Assembly: GCA_016180645.1 (NCBI GenBank)
Contig: JACPAV010000008.1
Span: 62,001 to 121,011 of the forward strand
Source: Nitrospirota bacterium
GTDB taxonomy: Bacteria > JACPQY01
Length of the DNA: 59,011 bases
Direction: 5' to 3'
Positions 48,991-58,467 of this stretch are shown here, one piece after another. The translations under genes were made by a program, and so were the position numbers. Numbering within the stretch: the first letter of the stretch is position 1; each line of letters begins with the position of its first letter. The notes beneath the pieces were generated by a model. That model made no database searches. It was not told the DNA's origin and saw only the letters and a program-made list of their open reading frames with translations.

Positions 48991-50961
48991 CTACTTCTTG
49001 AGCCATTTGCGGGGTCCTCCGGGGGTGTCTAGGGCGTCGAATTTCCGCCCATCGTCCCGGCTGAAGACGGTTCGGATCGCGCTTTCGGTGATCCCCGTGA
49101 TCTCCGCGATCTCCGGGACAGTCTTCGGCCCGTTCTTCAAAGCCATCTCCACCCGCTGCCATTGGGCCAGGCCACCGGCCACGGCTTCCGGCATGGCGTC
49201 AAACTCGCTTTTCTCAAAGGTGATCCGGCCCCCCGTGAATCGGATCGTGAACCCCATCGGAGCTTCAAGCCTGCCCCCGTTGCACTTCCGGTTGAACAAG
49301 CCCACCTGGATCACGTCCTCGCCGGGGGCCTGCCCGCGTTTCATCTCCCACGTCGCCCGCGCCATGTTGTGCCAGTACCCGGAACCTATCGGCTTCTCCT
49401 GGGTGACGTTCTTCGCCACGTGCGCGATGACGAGGGAGGTCCCGCCGATGAAGCGGACGGCCTCAAAGAACTTCAATGCTCCCTCCGCCGACTCAAGCTC
49501 CCCGCCGCTGGCGGCCCCGGCTGAATCGTACACGATGAACGAATAACCGCCCTCGCCAACAAGCCGCTTGATCTGCCTCCGTTGATCGTACAGGGGACCG
49601 ATACACCGGCGGTAGCCAATGGGCGGAAGCCCCTGGTCGGTCACCATCTGCCGAAGGCGGGCCTTGTGTTCGTCCGAATCGGATTCCCAATCGAGATAGA
49701 AAGCCTTCCCCCATGTGTTGCAGGAGTCCATGAGGGGGCCGCATCCCCCTTGATGGGCTACGGCACACGCCAGGGCGAGAAGACTTTTCCCCGTGCCGCC
49801 GTCGCCGAAAAGGATCGTGGGAACACCCAGCGTCACGATTCGATCAATCAACCATCGCGTATCACGTGCCGTCATGGGCGCGTTCAGAAATTCCACCGGG
49901 TCACCCGTCTTGATTCGCTCTATGGCGAGCACGGCCACGCTCTCAAGCATCCCGGCCCAGCCGATCTGTAGCCTCTTCGACAGGTAGTTCACAAGTTGAA
50001 CCCGCGTCCCGGTGACAGACAAGTTCGTCCGCACGGGGCCGTGAATCCGTTTCGGCACTCCATCCCCGGTGCCCCGGACCAAAAGTTCAGCGTGAACACC
50101 CGTGTTCTCGGAGTGCACGCCGTCAAGCTCGATTTCGATCTTGTGTTCCGGCCAGGCGAACACCCACGCGCCCCCGCGATCCGAGAAATCGGGCGGTTCC
50201 TCGATCCCCAGCCGTTCCGCTTCGATCCGGTACCGCGTGATGGACTCGATCACGGAGCGAAGCTCCCCGGCGTCCATGGGGGGTCTGCACTTGTCGGCGA
50301 AGGGCCGGAGGATCGTAGCGATCACGTCCGCCGGGTGCCCCTTGGTGTGGAAGTATCCCGCAAGCCGGGCCGCGTCGGTGTTCCGGGTGCCTTCCGCCGT
50401 ACCCTTCGCAAGCAGACGGGATACCCAGTCTGGCGCGTCACCGTTGACCGCCGCTCCCGGATGCGCGTTGCCGTTTCCGTTCTTCCCCTTCAGGGCTTCC
50501 GGCAGATTCGACAGTACGGCAAGCGGAAGGTCCTTCAGCACGGTGTACGCCTTACCGCCTACCACGCTGGGGCAGGCCATGACGTAGCCCCCATCGCTTC
50601 GAACGTCCACGTGAGGGAGGAACCCCGCCCCAGTATGGAGTTCCGGCGTGTACTTGAAGTACAGGTGCATGCCCTTCGGCGTTTTCACCGTGAAGGTGTC
50701 ACCGGAGACACCGAGCTTCTTGAAGTTCTCCATCCCTTCCGGGCCGTCCAGGTCGATCACGCTGATTCCGCTTACGCTCCCCGTTACAATCGCCATGTTC
50801 GGACTTCCATGGGCGAACCACTTGCGGATGTCCTCCTCGGTGGGGCGTTTCGTCTGAAACGTCTTCCAGTCTACGAGCGGGGGATGTTTCTGACCCTCCC
50901 GGATCGGGATGACGGCGTACCCTCGCCGGTGAAGTTCAAGCGCGTCCGATAAGATGCTCAT
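48991..50961 (-). CDS. Bifunctional primase-polymerase / PriCT / RecA-like (AAA_25) helicase
   Basis: NMAIVTG..VIDLDG, TPKGMHLYF, DVRSDGGYV, EGTRN, GDGGTGKS, IVYDS, IAH. Track GTG start is 50973. Confidence 0.9.
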   Translation of the reverse strand: MSILSDALELHRRGYAVIPIREGQKHPPLVDWKTFQTKRPTEEDIRKWFAHGSPNMAIVTGSVSGISVIDLDGPEGMENFKKLGVSGDTFTVKTPKGMHLYFKYTPELHTGAGFLPHVDVRSDGGYVMACPSVVGGKAYTVLKDLPLAVLSNLPEALKGKNGNGNAHPGAAVNGDAPDWVSRLLAKGTAEGTRNTDAARLAGYFHTKGHPADVIATILRPFADKCRPPMDAGELRSVIESITRYRIEAERLGIEEPPDFSDRGGAWVFAWPEHKIEIELDGVHSENTGVHAELLVRGTGDGVPKRIHGPVRTNLSVTGTRVQLVNYLSKRLQIGWAGMLESVAVLAIERIKTGDPVEFLNAPMTARDTRWLIDRIVTLGVPTILFGDGGTGKSLLALACAVAHQGGCGPLMDSCNTWGKAFYLDWESDSDEHKARLRQMVTDQGLPPIGYRRCIGPLYDQRRQIKRLVGEGGYSFIVYDSAGAASGGELESAEGALKFFEAVRFIGGTSLVIAHVAKNVTQEKPIGSGYWHNMARATWEMKRGQAPGEDVIQVGLFNRKCNGGRLEAPMGFTIRFTGGRITFEKSEFDAMPEAVAGGLAQWQRVEMALKNGPKTVPEIAEITGITESAIRTVFSRDDGRKFDALDTPGGPRKWLKK

Positions 50962-51139
50962 TTTTGAGTTCACTGATTGAAACTAACAGCCAGTCCACCG
51001 CCGCGTGGAGGTTGGCTTGAATCGTATGATCCCGCCGGAGCCGCGCCCCGCATTCCGCGATCTTTCCCACAGCCTGGGAAAGCTCCTCGGCAATCCAACC
51101 CTCCGGGGTCCGGCGTTCGGAAAGTGCAATCCCCGTCAT
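50936..51139 (-). CDS. Small hypothetical protein of the replication operon
   Basis: 67 aa, ATGA-coupled to the upstream 35-aa ORF and overlapping the primase start. Confidence 0.5.
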   Translation of the reverse strand: MTGIALSERRTPEGWIAEELSQAVGKIAECGARLRRDHTIQANLHAAVDWLLVSISELKNEHLIGRA

Positions 51140-51243
51140 CCAAGAATCGAAAGGAGCAGACACCGAAACGCTTTCAACATTCGCCGCTGCCTGAAGTGAT
51201 GAAGCGCCAGAACGCGGTAGTTCTTCGACACATCTAAGCTCAT
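51136..51243 (-). CDS. 35-aa ORF, ATGA-coupled at both ends
   Basis: MSLDVSKNYRVLALHHFRQRRMLKAFRCLLLSILG; overlaps the HTH gene stop and the next start. Confidence 0.4.
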   Translation of the reverse strand: MSLDVSKNYRVLALHHFRQRRMLKAFRCLLLSILG

Positions 51244-51455
51244 CGATGCGCCAAGCCAAGGGGCATCCAGTCGCGGGGACAGCCGGCGTCGATCCAGAGT
51301 GCGAGAAGGTCAAGACGATACCGAACCGTCCTGCTCCCGCCGGGGTGGACAATCAAACACGCGGGTATCCGTCCTCGGTAGTGGAGTTGATACAACGTGC
51401 GATGCGTAAAGCCGAGTACCTTTGCCGCTTCTCTCGCTGATCCCAATTGAATCAT
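51240..51455 (-). CDS. Excisionase/AlpA-like HTH protein
   Basis: AREAAKVLG..RTLY..RGRIP..RTVRY..L.LWIDAGCP. Confidence 0.78.
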   Translation of the reverse strand: MIQLGSAREAAKVLGFTHRTLYQLHYRGRIPACLIVHPGGSRTVRYRLDLLALWIDAGCPRDWMPLGLAHR

Positions 51456-51465
51456 ACTGCTCAAG

Positions 51466-51550
51466 AGTCTACACCCGCGTAGAATCGCGGTCAATGACTA
51501 TCTGTCACTGTTACCGCGACAAAAGAGAGGGTGGTATTTGTCGCGGTAAC
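51466..51550 (-). promoter_or_regulatory. Promoter and operator of the xis-primase operon
   Basis: TTGACC (51494-51489)-N17-TAGACT (51471-51466); perfect 14-bp inverted repeat GTTACCGCGACAAA-N13-TTTGTCGCGGTAAC (51510-51550). Confidence 0.7.
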
Positions 51551-51561
51551 GTAGGGGGGGG

Positions 51562-52476
51562 CTAGTCCGGTGGGGGAAAGAACTTGGAAGCGCCGGTTTG
51601 AAATCTGTTGACTTGAACGCTTCGTTGCAACGCTCTTGCGGCGCTTCCCTTGGTCGAAATCCCTCGCTGATTCGTGAACATCGGCGCAAGCAGATGCAGA
51701 ATCAACCCCGACATCGAACGTTTTGGAGTTCTTCCCTTCTTTCCCTGACCCTTCGGGGTCGGATCGAGCCAATCCTTGATTTCGTCTGTCATGGTCGGCG
51801 CAAGGTCCGTGTTTGGAAAAGAAGCCAGCAACGCGGTTTCCCACCGTGGGTCTTTTCTTTGGCTCTTGTAGACCCCTTTCGGCATGGGCGGGAAGAGAGG
51901 GGATATGTGCTGTTTCAGTGTCCAATATGCCGTCGCCACAGCGACGTGAAAGTCTTTCGGTGTGTCAGGCTTTCTCTTCGGTAGCTGAAACTTGGACTCA
52001 AACAGCAATTTGAAGCGAGAAATCTTTTCCGATCCATTTTCGGCGTCCATAACCTCACCGACAAGCTCCCGGAACCGCTGCAATAGAACGGGACCGCTCA
52101 TCTTCCCGGCGTGATTGCGGACGAATGCAAGGAAAGCGTCACCGATGGTGCGTCCTTCCGGTGGAAACGTATTTCTCAAATCTCTCTCCAGGCTTGGGAA
52201 TACCCCCCGCAGGGGGTTCGGGATTCTGTCCCTTCGTGCCGAGTGCATTTCTCCATAGAGTGTTCTCGCGGTAGTCGGCAAAATGCAGGGTTGATTGTTC
52301 CAATTCGCCTTGATGTAGCTTTCCGGGGTCCACTCGGCGCGGCACCGGGCAAGACTGTTTACGACATCCTCACGATCCCGGTTTTCTTTCCTGCGCCGAG
52401 CATCCTCCGTGAAACGCGGTTCGATGTCGTCGTTTCTTGGCTCCCCATCCGGGGGCGTGAAATCCTTTTCCGGCAT
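51562..52476 (-). CDS. Hypothetical protein, possible element regulator
   Basis: Long ORF (track extends to 52680); likely ATG 52476 after a purine-rich RBS. Confidence 0.55.
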   Translation of the reverse strand: MPEKDFTPPDGEPRNDDIEPRFTEDARRRKENRDREDVVNSLARCRAEWTPESYIKANWNNQPCILPTTARTLYGEMHSARRDRIPNPLRGVFPSLERDLRNTFPPEGRTIGDAFLAFVRNHAGKMSGPVLLQRFRELVGEVMDAENGSEKISRFKLLFESKFQLPKRKPDTPKDFHVAVATAYWTLKQHISPLFPPMPKGVYKSQRKDPRWETALLASFPNTDLAPTMTDEIKDWLDPTPKGQGKKGRTPKRSMSGLILHLLAPMFTNQRGISTKGSAARALQRSVQVNRFQTGASKFFPPPD

Positions 52477-52664
52477 TCGTCGTTCCTTCCTTTCAGCCCG
52501 GCGCGAGTTGGGAGACACGCTCCGGCCTTTGTTCTCCTCCACGCCCTTCGCTTCATTCCCGGCAACCGATTCCCGTCCGGTCCCGGCCTTCCGTCTCCTG
52601 GGCTTTCCTATGCTCACCCTTGTGGCATGGGCTTGAGTTGCAGAACGCGAGCGGGATCTGTTCA

Positions 52665-53633
52665 CTATTTCGGGCACCAAGGTGCATCTTGGAGAGCCTG
52701 AGTTGAGTTGGCCAAGTTCGATTCGACATGACTTGAGGGAATCGCAAAATTGATGTTTTGGGAATCGACCAAAGAGTAGGATGCAATCCCGATCACCTGC
52801 CCATCTTCGGTGATAACGGGGCCTCCACTTGAACCGGGAGAAATGGGTGCAGTAATCTGAATGACATCAATCCCATGAACCATCTTCCGTCCGGCGACAA
52901 TTCCGTCGGATACCGTCGGTGACAACCCTGATTCGCGGCCACCGAGGGCCGAGAGTTCCGCGGCTCTCGGAAACCCAATGACATATACCTTCTGCCCTGC
53001 ACGAACGATTGTCTTTCCCATCACTCTTGCGTACTGTTCGGGATCTAGACCTAGACCCATGTCTGAGTCACCCAGAGATAACGTGTGAAGATATTTTGCA
53101 AGAGCGTCGGAAAATAAACTGCCCGTGAGGACCTCAGACCACAATTGAGTATTTTCGGATGATGTCTCCGCCCGACTAACGGCCAGGATCACAAGATCCT
53201 CCGATCTACTTCCATATGTGAACCCACTTAACTTCAGCCTGATTCCATCAGACCGAGCTATAGCGATCTGGTCCGGCCGGCAAAACCCGTCCAGGACGTG
53301 GTAGCTCGTGACAAGGTAGTTTGTTGCAAAGAAACCCCACCGAAACCGTTCCTTCGTCTTCCTCATCTGTTCGCGCATGGAGTCGGCAAATGGGTTGGCG
53401 ATCATGAAACCTGATCCGGTTCCTTTGGGCGTGCTCACCAGAAATGTGGCTTTTATTGCTCGATCAATTACCTGCTCAATTTTCTTTTCCTCACCTGTCG
53501 CGGCCACGGTACCGATGGTGATCGCCAAGGGGATCATCGACAGGCGCAATAACCACCGCTTCTGAACTCCGTGCGGGCCAGCAGGGCCGCACCTGCCCAC
53601 GCCATACTTACCTCTTTCCGAACGCTTCACCAC
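52665..53633 (-). CDS. Trypsin-like (S1/HtrA-type, no PDZ) serine protease with an N-terminal hydrophobic segment
   Basis: GTGSGF, VTSYHV (His), DLVIL (Asp), ISPGSSGGP (Ser), NFAIP. Confidence 0.85.
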   Translation of the reverse strand: MVKRSERGKYGVGRCGPAGPHGVQKRWLLRLSMIPLAITIGTVAATGEEKKIEQVIDRAIKATFLVSTPKGTGSGFMIANPFADSMREQMRKTKERFRWGFFATNYLVTSYHVLDGFCRPDQIAIARSDGIRLKLSGFTYGSRSEDLVILAVSRAETSSENTQLWSEVLTGSLFSDALAKYLHTLSLGDSDMGLGLDPEQYARVMGKTIVRAGQKVYVIGFPRAAELSALGGRESGLSPTVSDGIVAGRKMVHGIDVIQITAPISPGSSGGPVITEDGQVIGIASYSLVDSQNINFAIPSSHVESNLANSTQALQDAPWCPK

Positions 53634-53939
53634 GGAACTCCTACGCCCATTGTCGGGGCATCCCTGAAATCGTCACGGACGTGTGTGTATCGGGGGGAAA
53701 GCAATGACCTTGTGGCGATCCACGGGAAAGGTCCCGCTTGGTGTTGCCGGGGGGGGGGGGTGCCTTCTGCTACTTCCGTTGATACTTGGTGTGATACTTC
53801 GTTCATTGAAAAGCATTGTACAGCGTTGAACAGAGGGAACAAGGCCGCTCCCATTTATGCACGATCTCACGGGGTGTTACTGCTAAATCGAAGTACAGCG
53901 TAGAACGGCGAATAACAGGATTGACAGGGTGTCCACCCT

Positions 53940-53978
53940 ATCCAGAGTCCGTTGTCCTGCCATTGGACGATCTCCCAG
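53940..53978 (-). repeat. att core copy, equal to the 5' half of tRNA-Gln (through the anticodon loop)
   Basis: Identical to 45992-46030. Confidence 0.95.
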
Positions 53979-53993
53979 GAAAGGCCGGGGAAC

Positions 53994-54021
53994 AGGGTAG
54001 CGTTTTCCCACCTTTTTTCAA
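53994..54021 (-). promoter_or_regulatory. Probable native tRNA promoter, now facing into the element
   Basis: TTGAAA-N16-TACCCT with a GC-rich leader before the 5' tRNA fragment. Confidence 0.45.
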
Positions 54022-54070
54022 GATGCGCCCCTCATTGACTTGGCTTAGCCCGCGCGGGATGCTTCGCACG

Positions 54071-57000
54071 ATGATGGAATCCACCTCCGTTGCCGGATGC
54101 GATCTCGGAAAGTCGACGGCGAAATTCGTCGTGGGACGGATCGGACCGGGCCCCACGCTCTCCATCGATTCCAGTCACGTCGTCGATCACAACGGCAAAC
54201 CGCTCGAAGCTTTTCAACGGTGGTACCTGGATCACGACATCAACCGTTGCTCCGTCCTCGCGGCGACGGGCCTGCACGCCGACGAGATAGCCTCCCCCGC
54301 GCTCGGCGGGCTCCCCGAGGACGCCTGCCTCGAAGCCGCGCTCCGATTTCGCACGGACCTTGTCGGGCCGATCCGGGTCGTCAGCGTGGGGGCTCGCGGG
54401 TACGCCGTGCTTTGCCGCAATGAAGACGGTCGGTTCACCCATCTGCAAAGCGACAAGTGCTCTTCCGGCACCGGAGAAACCATGGTCAAGACCGCGGCGC
54501 GATTCGGCATGACCGTCGGAGAGGCGGACGAGCTCGCGCTGGGCGCCGATGAAAGTGTCGCGATCACGGCCCGCTGCTCCGTCTTCGCCAAAAGCGAGAT
54601 GACCCATTTTGGAAACCAGGGCGAAGCCGCCGACCGGCTGTTCAAGGGCTACTTCGAATCCGTAGCCCGTTACGTGTCCGCTCTCCTCAAGCGGGCGCAT
54701 GGCAACGGCCCGATTGTTCTCATCGGTGGAGGCAGTCGGATCGGCGCCTTGGTGAAGGCGTTGAAGGACGGCCTCGGGGGCGAAGTGATCTGCGATCCAT
54801 TCTCCATGACCTTCGAAGCCCTGGGCGCGTGTCAGATGGCGTTCGAGCACCATGTGGGCGGGAGAGAATGCGGTCTGCCGGTGGACGCCGCTCTCCTCGT
54901 GCAGCCAAAGGAACGTCGATTTCGCGTCCTGAACCCAGCGAAGCACTCTTCCCCTCGCGTGGTTCAACTCGAATCTCCAAGATGGGACAAATCCCCGTCG
55001 GGACCTACCCCCGTCGTCCTCGGTCTCGACCTCGGCTCGACGGGAAGCAAGGCGGTGCTTGCGGATATCTCCTCCGGCGAGCCGGTTCTCGATGTCTACG
55101 ACCGCACGCGCGGGAACCCCGTGGAAGCCGCCAAGCGATTGGTTCACTCGATCCGGGAACGGATGGACCCCGATATCCGTGCCATCGCGGTAACGGGATC
55201 AGGCCGGGAGGCCGTGGCCACCATTCTTCGCGCCGCCTATCCCGATGACATCAACCGCATCGTGGTGATGAATGAGATCATTGCGCACGCCGCGGCCGCG
55301 ATCCGGTGTGATGAGAAGCGAGGCGCCGGTCTCTCCGTGGTTGAGATCGGAGGGCAGGATGCGAAGTTTATCCAGATTGCAGGTGGACACATCGTCGAAA
55401 GCGACATGAACAAGGCGTGCAGCGCGGGCACCGGCTCCTTCCTCGAGGAGCAGGCCGTGTTCTACGGGGTCCACGACATCCGGGAGTTCGGGCGAATCGC
55501 CGCGGAGGCGAAACGCCCTCCGGATCTCGGGCAGATGTGCACGGTGTTTGTGGCGGAAGCCGCCGCTGAGGCGCACAACCAGGGTTTCGAGGTCTCCGAT
55601 CTGTTCGCGGGCTTCATGTACTCGGTCATTCACAACTACATCAACCGCGTGATGGGATCGCGGACGTTCGGTGATCGCATTTTCTTCCAAGGGAAACCGG
55701 CCTCGAACCCCGTGCTGGCTTGGACCTTGGCGGCGGTGACCGGTCGTGAAGTGATCGTGCCATCGAATCCCGGGGCCATGGGCGCGTGGGGCAGCGCGAT
55801 TTCGGGCCTTCAGGAGATGAAGCCCGAAGATCTCCGACGCGCAGGACGGCTCGACACGGCCCGATTCCTGGCCGCCGAGATGTCGGCACGTTCGGAGTTC
55901 CAATGTCGCGATCCCAAGTGCGAAACGCTGTGCCGGATCGAGAAGAACACGGTGGCCGTCGCCGGTTCAAACCACACCGTCTTCGCCGGGGGAGCCTGTC
56001 CGAAATTCGAAGTGTCCAGTCTGGGTAAGCCCAAGCTTCCCATCGACGCTCCGAGCGCGTTCGACGCCCGGGAGGCCATTCTCGCCCGCCACTTGGACGG
56101 ATCCGATAACGGCTCCCGCCCCATCGGCATCCCCGCGGTGGGTCCGAATCATACCTTCCTCCATTGGATGGTTACGCTTCTGCGCGAATGGGGACTCTCC
56201 CCGAGGGTTTTGCGGTCGGACGCCCGCTCGCTCAGCCGAGGGGAGGAGCGTTGCTACTCTTACGACGCTTGCGCCCCGGTCAAGATCGCGCACGGGGTGG
56301 CCGACGCCGAGGTCGAAACTCTTTTCTTCCCCAAGATCCTGGCCTACGGCGACCGCGAGGGGCCGGGCGGCGTGGTTTGCCCGATGGAGCAGGCAATGCC
56401 TGAAATGGTCGAACGGTCTCTCCAGGCGCGGGGACGGTCCACTCGTGTCATCCGACCCATTCTCGATTTGCGCAAGGGACTCCTCTCCGTGGCGGTGCTT
56501 GGCCGGCTTCTCGCCGTGGCGCGATCCCTCGGCATTCCGCATCCTCGCGCACTCCGGGGGGCGCTGGAGGCAGCCAGGGTCCAGCGCGAGTACGAAAAAG
56601 CGCTCTCAGAAATCGGAGAGCGCACACTCTCTTATGGGCGTAAGCACGGCATCCCCGTCGTGGTGATCTGCGGATCCCTCCATGTTGTGCATGATCGGGC
56701 GATCAATGCGGGCATCCCCGGCATCCTCCGGCAAAACGGCGCGCTGCCCCTTCCGGTCGACTGCTATCCCATTCCGGACGGCATCCATCACCTTCCGAAA
56801 GTACCCTGGGCAGACGCCAACCGGTCAATGCGCGTAGCCCTCGCCTGTCGCGCCCGGGGAGATGCTTTCCCGCTTCTCCTTTCTTCCTTCGGATGCGGCC
56901 CGGCCTCATTCGCCGAACACGTCTTCGACCATCTGATGACCGGCTATCCTCACACCGCCCTGGAAACCGACGGACATGGCGGCGCCGCCGGATACGTCAC

Positions 57001-58315
57001 GCGCGCGCAAGCCTTCCTTCACGCCGTGCGCAGCCATGGCATCAGGCCCATCCCCATCGCCCCCGAACGCCTCGCCCCCATGGAAGCGACGAAGGAGACG
57101 ACGATTCGAAGCCGGGGCGATTCGCGATTCGTCGTTTTTTCGATGGCCGATCGATTCACCTCCATCATGGCCGCCACCTACCGGTCCTTCGGCATCGATG
57201 CCGTGGCCTCCGGTCCCAACTCCGCCTCTACGCTCGCTCTCGGTCGCCGCGACTGCTCCGGAAAAGAGTGCATCCCCTATCAACTCATCTGGGGCGCGTT
57301 CCGGGACCATCTGGAAAAATATCCCCCCCGGCAGCCCACCGTACTGTTTCAAGTCTACGGCGAAGGCATGTGCCGCAATTGCATGTTCATCGTGAAGGAC
57401 AAGATGGCTCTGGAGCGGCTCGGGTTGGGGGACAGGGTGTCGGTAAGGGACATTCGGCCGGATGCCGCCATTCGATCGGCTTTCCTGGGGAAATTGTGGA
57501 CCGGGGTCGTTGCGTGGGATCTCATCGGCCAGCTTGCGGCCTACTACCGCGCGATCGAACGTGATCGCGGCGATTCGGATCGCCTCTATGAGCGGTTGTG
57601 CGACGAACTTCAGGTCCTGCTTGAAGGGTCTGGAATCAACGGTGGATTCGGCGCGGCCTTTCGAGGTTATTGGAAAGACCTGCTCGCCCTATTGGATCGC
57701 GCCTCGGCTGCTTTTGCGGACATCGCTGCTCGCGCTCGTCCAAACGGCGAATGGCGCACGGTCCTGCTCAGCGGCGACATTTACGTTCGACTGGACGAGT
57801 TCGGAAGCGACGGCCTCGTGCGGAAACTCAACGCTCTCGGCCTCTCCGTTCTGATGGAGCCGGCCAGCACGTTTGTGGAATACCTGGTTTCGGAGCGATC
57901 CGCCGAACTCGTCCGCCTCCCGACGGGCCGCGTGCAGAATCTCATGTTCAAGTACGGCACGGCGGCCACGCGGCGGCGACTGTACGGGCGAATGCGCGAA
58001 CGCCATCCCTGGCTCCCGATGCCGGACCCGCGTGGGATCCGCAAGGCATCGCACACCGTTCTGGACCGGCATCCTCTCGGCGAGGCCCCCGTTACGATCG
58101 GCAGCGTTCTCCACCATTGGAACGGCGGACACTGCGACGGTGTGGCCATTGCGAGCCCCTGGGGCTGCGGCCCCGCGCTGATCAGCGAAAGCCTCCTTCG
58201 TCATCAGGCCCAGATCCCTATGCTGGTCGTCTACAACGACGGCCTGCCGATCGACGAGAGAAGACTCAGGAGTTTCGCCTTCCGGCTCCAGCGGCAACCG
58301 CCTCGCGCAGGATGA
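54071..58315 (+). CDS. CoA-substrate-specific enzyme activase fusion (two BcrAD/BadFG ATPase domains plus DUF2229/2-hydroxyacyl-CoA dehydratase-like regions)
   Basis: DLGKST, KCSSGTG, RCSVFA; GLDLGSTGSK, EIGGQDAK, CSAGTGSFLEEQA, CTVF; C.PVK.AHG, SFGCGP, GKEC.P. The track extension to 53816 crosses attR, so ATG 54071 is the likely start. Confidence 0.88.
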   Translation: MMESTSVAGCDLGKSTAKFVVGRIGPGPTLSIDSSHVVDHNGKPLEAFQRWYLDHDINRCSVLAATGLHADEIASPALGGLPEDACLEAALRFRTDLVGPIRVVSVGARGYAVLCRNEDGRFTHLQSDKCSSGTGETMVKTAARFGMTVGEADELALGADESVAITARCSVFAKSEMTHFGNQGEAADRLFKGYFESVARYVSALLKRAHGNGPIVLIGGGSRIGALVKALKDGLGGEVICDPFSMTFEALGACQMAFEHHVGGRECGLPVDAALLVQPKERRFRVLNPAKHSSPRVVQLESPRWDKSPSGPTPVVLGLDLGSTGSKAVLADISSGEPVLDVYDRTRGNPVEAAKRLVHSIRERMDPDIRAIAVTGSGREAVATILRAAYPDDINRIVVMNEIIAHAAAAIRCDEKRGAGLSVVEIGGQDAKFIQIAGGHIVESDMNKACSAGTGSFLEEQAVFYGVHDIREFGRIAAEAKRPPDLGQMCTVFVAEAAAEAHNQGFEVSDLFAGFMYSVIHNYINRVMGSRTFGDRIFFQGKPASNPVLAWTLAAVTGREVIVPSNPGAMGAWGSAISGLQEMKPEDLRRAGRLDTARFLAAEMSARSEFQCRDPKCETLCRIEKNTVAVAGSNHTVFAGGACPKFEVSSLGKPKLPIDAPSAFDAREAILARHLDGSDNGSRPIGIPAVGPNHTFLHWMVTLLREWGLSPRVLRSDARSLSRGEERCYSYDACAPVKIAHGVADAEVETLFFPKILAYGDREGPGGVVCPMEQAMPEMVERSLQARGRSTRVIRPILDLRKGLLSVAVLGRLLAVARSLGIPHPRALRGALEAARVQREYEKALSEIGERTLSYGRKHGIPVVVICGSLHVVHDRAINAGIPGILRQNGALPLPVDCYPIPDGIHHLPKVPWADANRSMRVALACRARGDAFPLLLSSFGCGPASFAEHVFDHLMTGYPHTALETDGHGGAAGYVTRAQAFLHAVRSHGIRPIPIAPERLAPMEATKETTIRSRGDSRFVVFSMADRFTSIMAATYRSFGIDAVASGPNSASTLALGRRDCSGKECIPYQLIWGAFRDHLEKYPPRQPTVLFQVYGEGMCRNCMFIVKDKMALERLGLGDRVSVRDIRPDAAIRSAFLGKLWTGVVAWDLIGQLAAYYRAIERDRGDSDRLYERLCDELQVLLEGSGINGGFGAAFRGYWKDLLALLDRASAAFADIAARARPNGEWRTVLLSGDIYVRLDEFGSDGLVRKLNALGLSVLMEPASTFVEYLVSERSAELVRLPTGRVQNLMFKYGTAATRRRLYGRMRERHPWLPMPDPRGIRKASHTVLDRHPLGEAPVTIGSVLHHWNGGHCDGVAIASPWGCGPALISESLLRHQAQIPMLVVYNDGLPIDERRLRSFAFRLQRQPPRAG

Positions 58316-58341
58316 GGCCTGGACAGGGAACCTTGAAGTAA

Positions 58342-58443
58342 GGTTGCTTCGCTCCCCCGCGCTGAGCGGGGATTCGCTCGCAACGACATGACCCGGATGT
58401 CATTGCGAGGGACGGGCATTTTGGCCCGGACCGAAGCAATCTC
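58342..58443. repeat. Pair of divergent GTCATTGCGAG...CGAAGCAATC-type (CGTC-tag-like) hairpin repeats between convergent genes
   Basis: Minus copy GTCGTTGCGAGCGAA..GAGCGAAGCAACC (58387-58342); plus copy GTCATTGCGAG..CCGAAGCAATCTC (58399-58443). Confidence 0.75.
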
Positions 58444-58467
58444 GGCCGGGGCCGGCCCCACGCGCTT

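Larger units (their letters stand above)
45992..53978. mobile_element. Integrated ~8 kb integrase/excisionase/primase-helicase element (phage-satellite-like, no capsid genes seen)
   Basis: Perfect 39-bp direct repeats at 45992-46030 and 53940-53978 bound a tyrosine integrase, HTH, prim-pol/helicase and iteron cluster. Confidence 0.92.

Noticed and set aside
53940-53978. Second tRNA gene
   Set aside because: Only the 5' half; no T-arm or 3' acceptor strand.
45992-53978. Complete prophage or conjugative element
   Set aside because: No capsid, portal, tail, relaxase or T4SS genes recognised.
53816-54070. N-terminal extension of the 1499-aa ORF
   Set aside because: Runs through attR and the tRNA fragment; recognisable sequence begins at ATG 54071.
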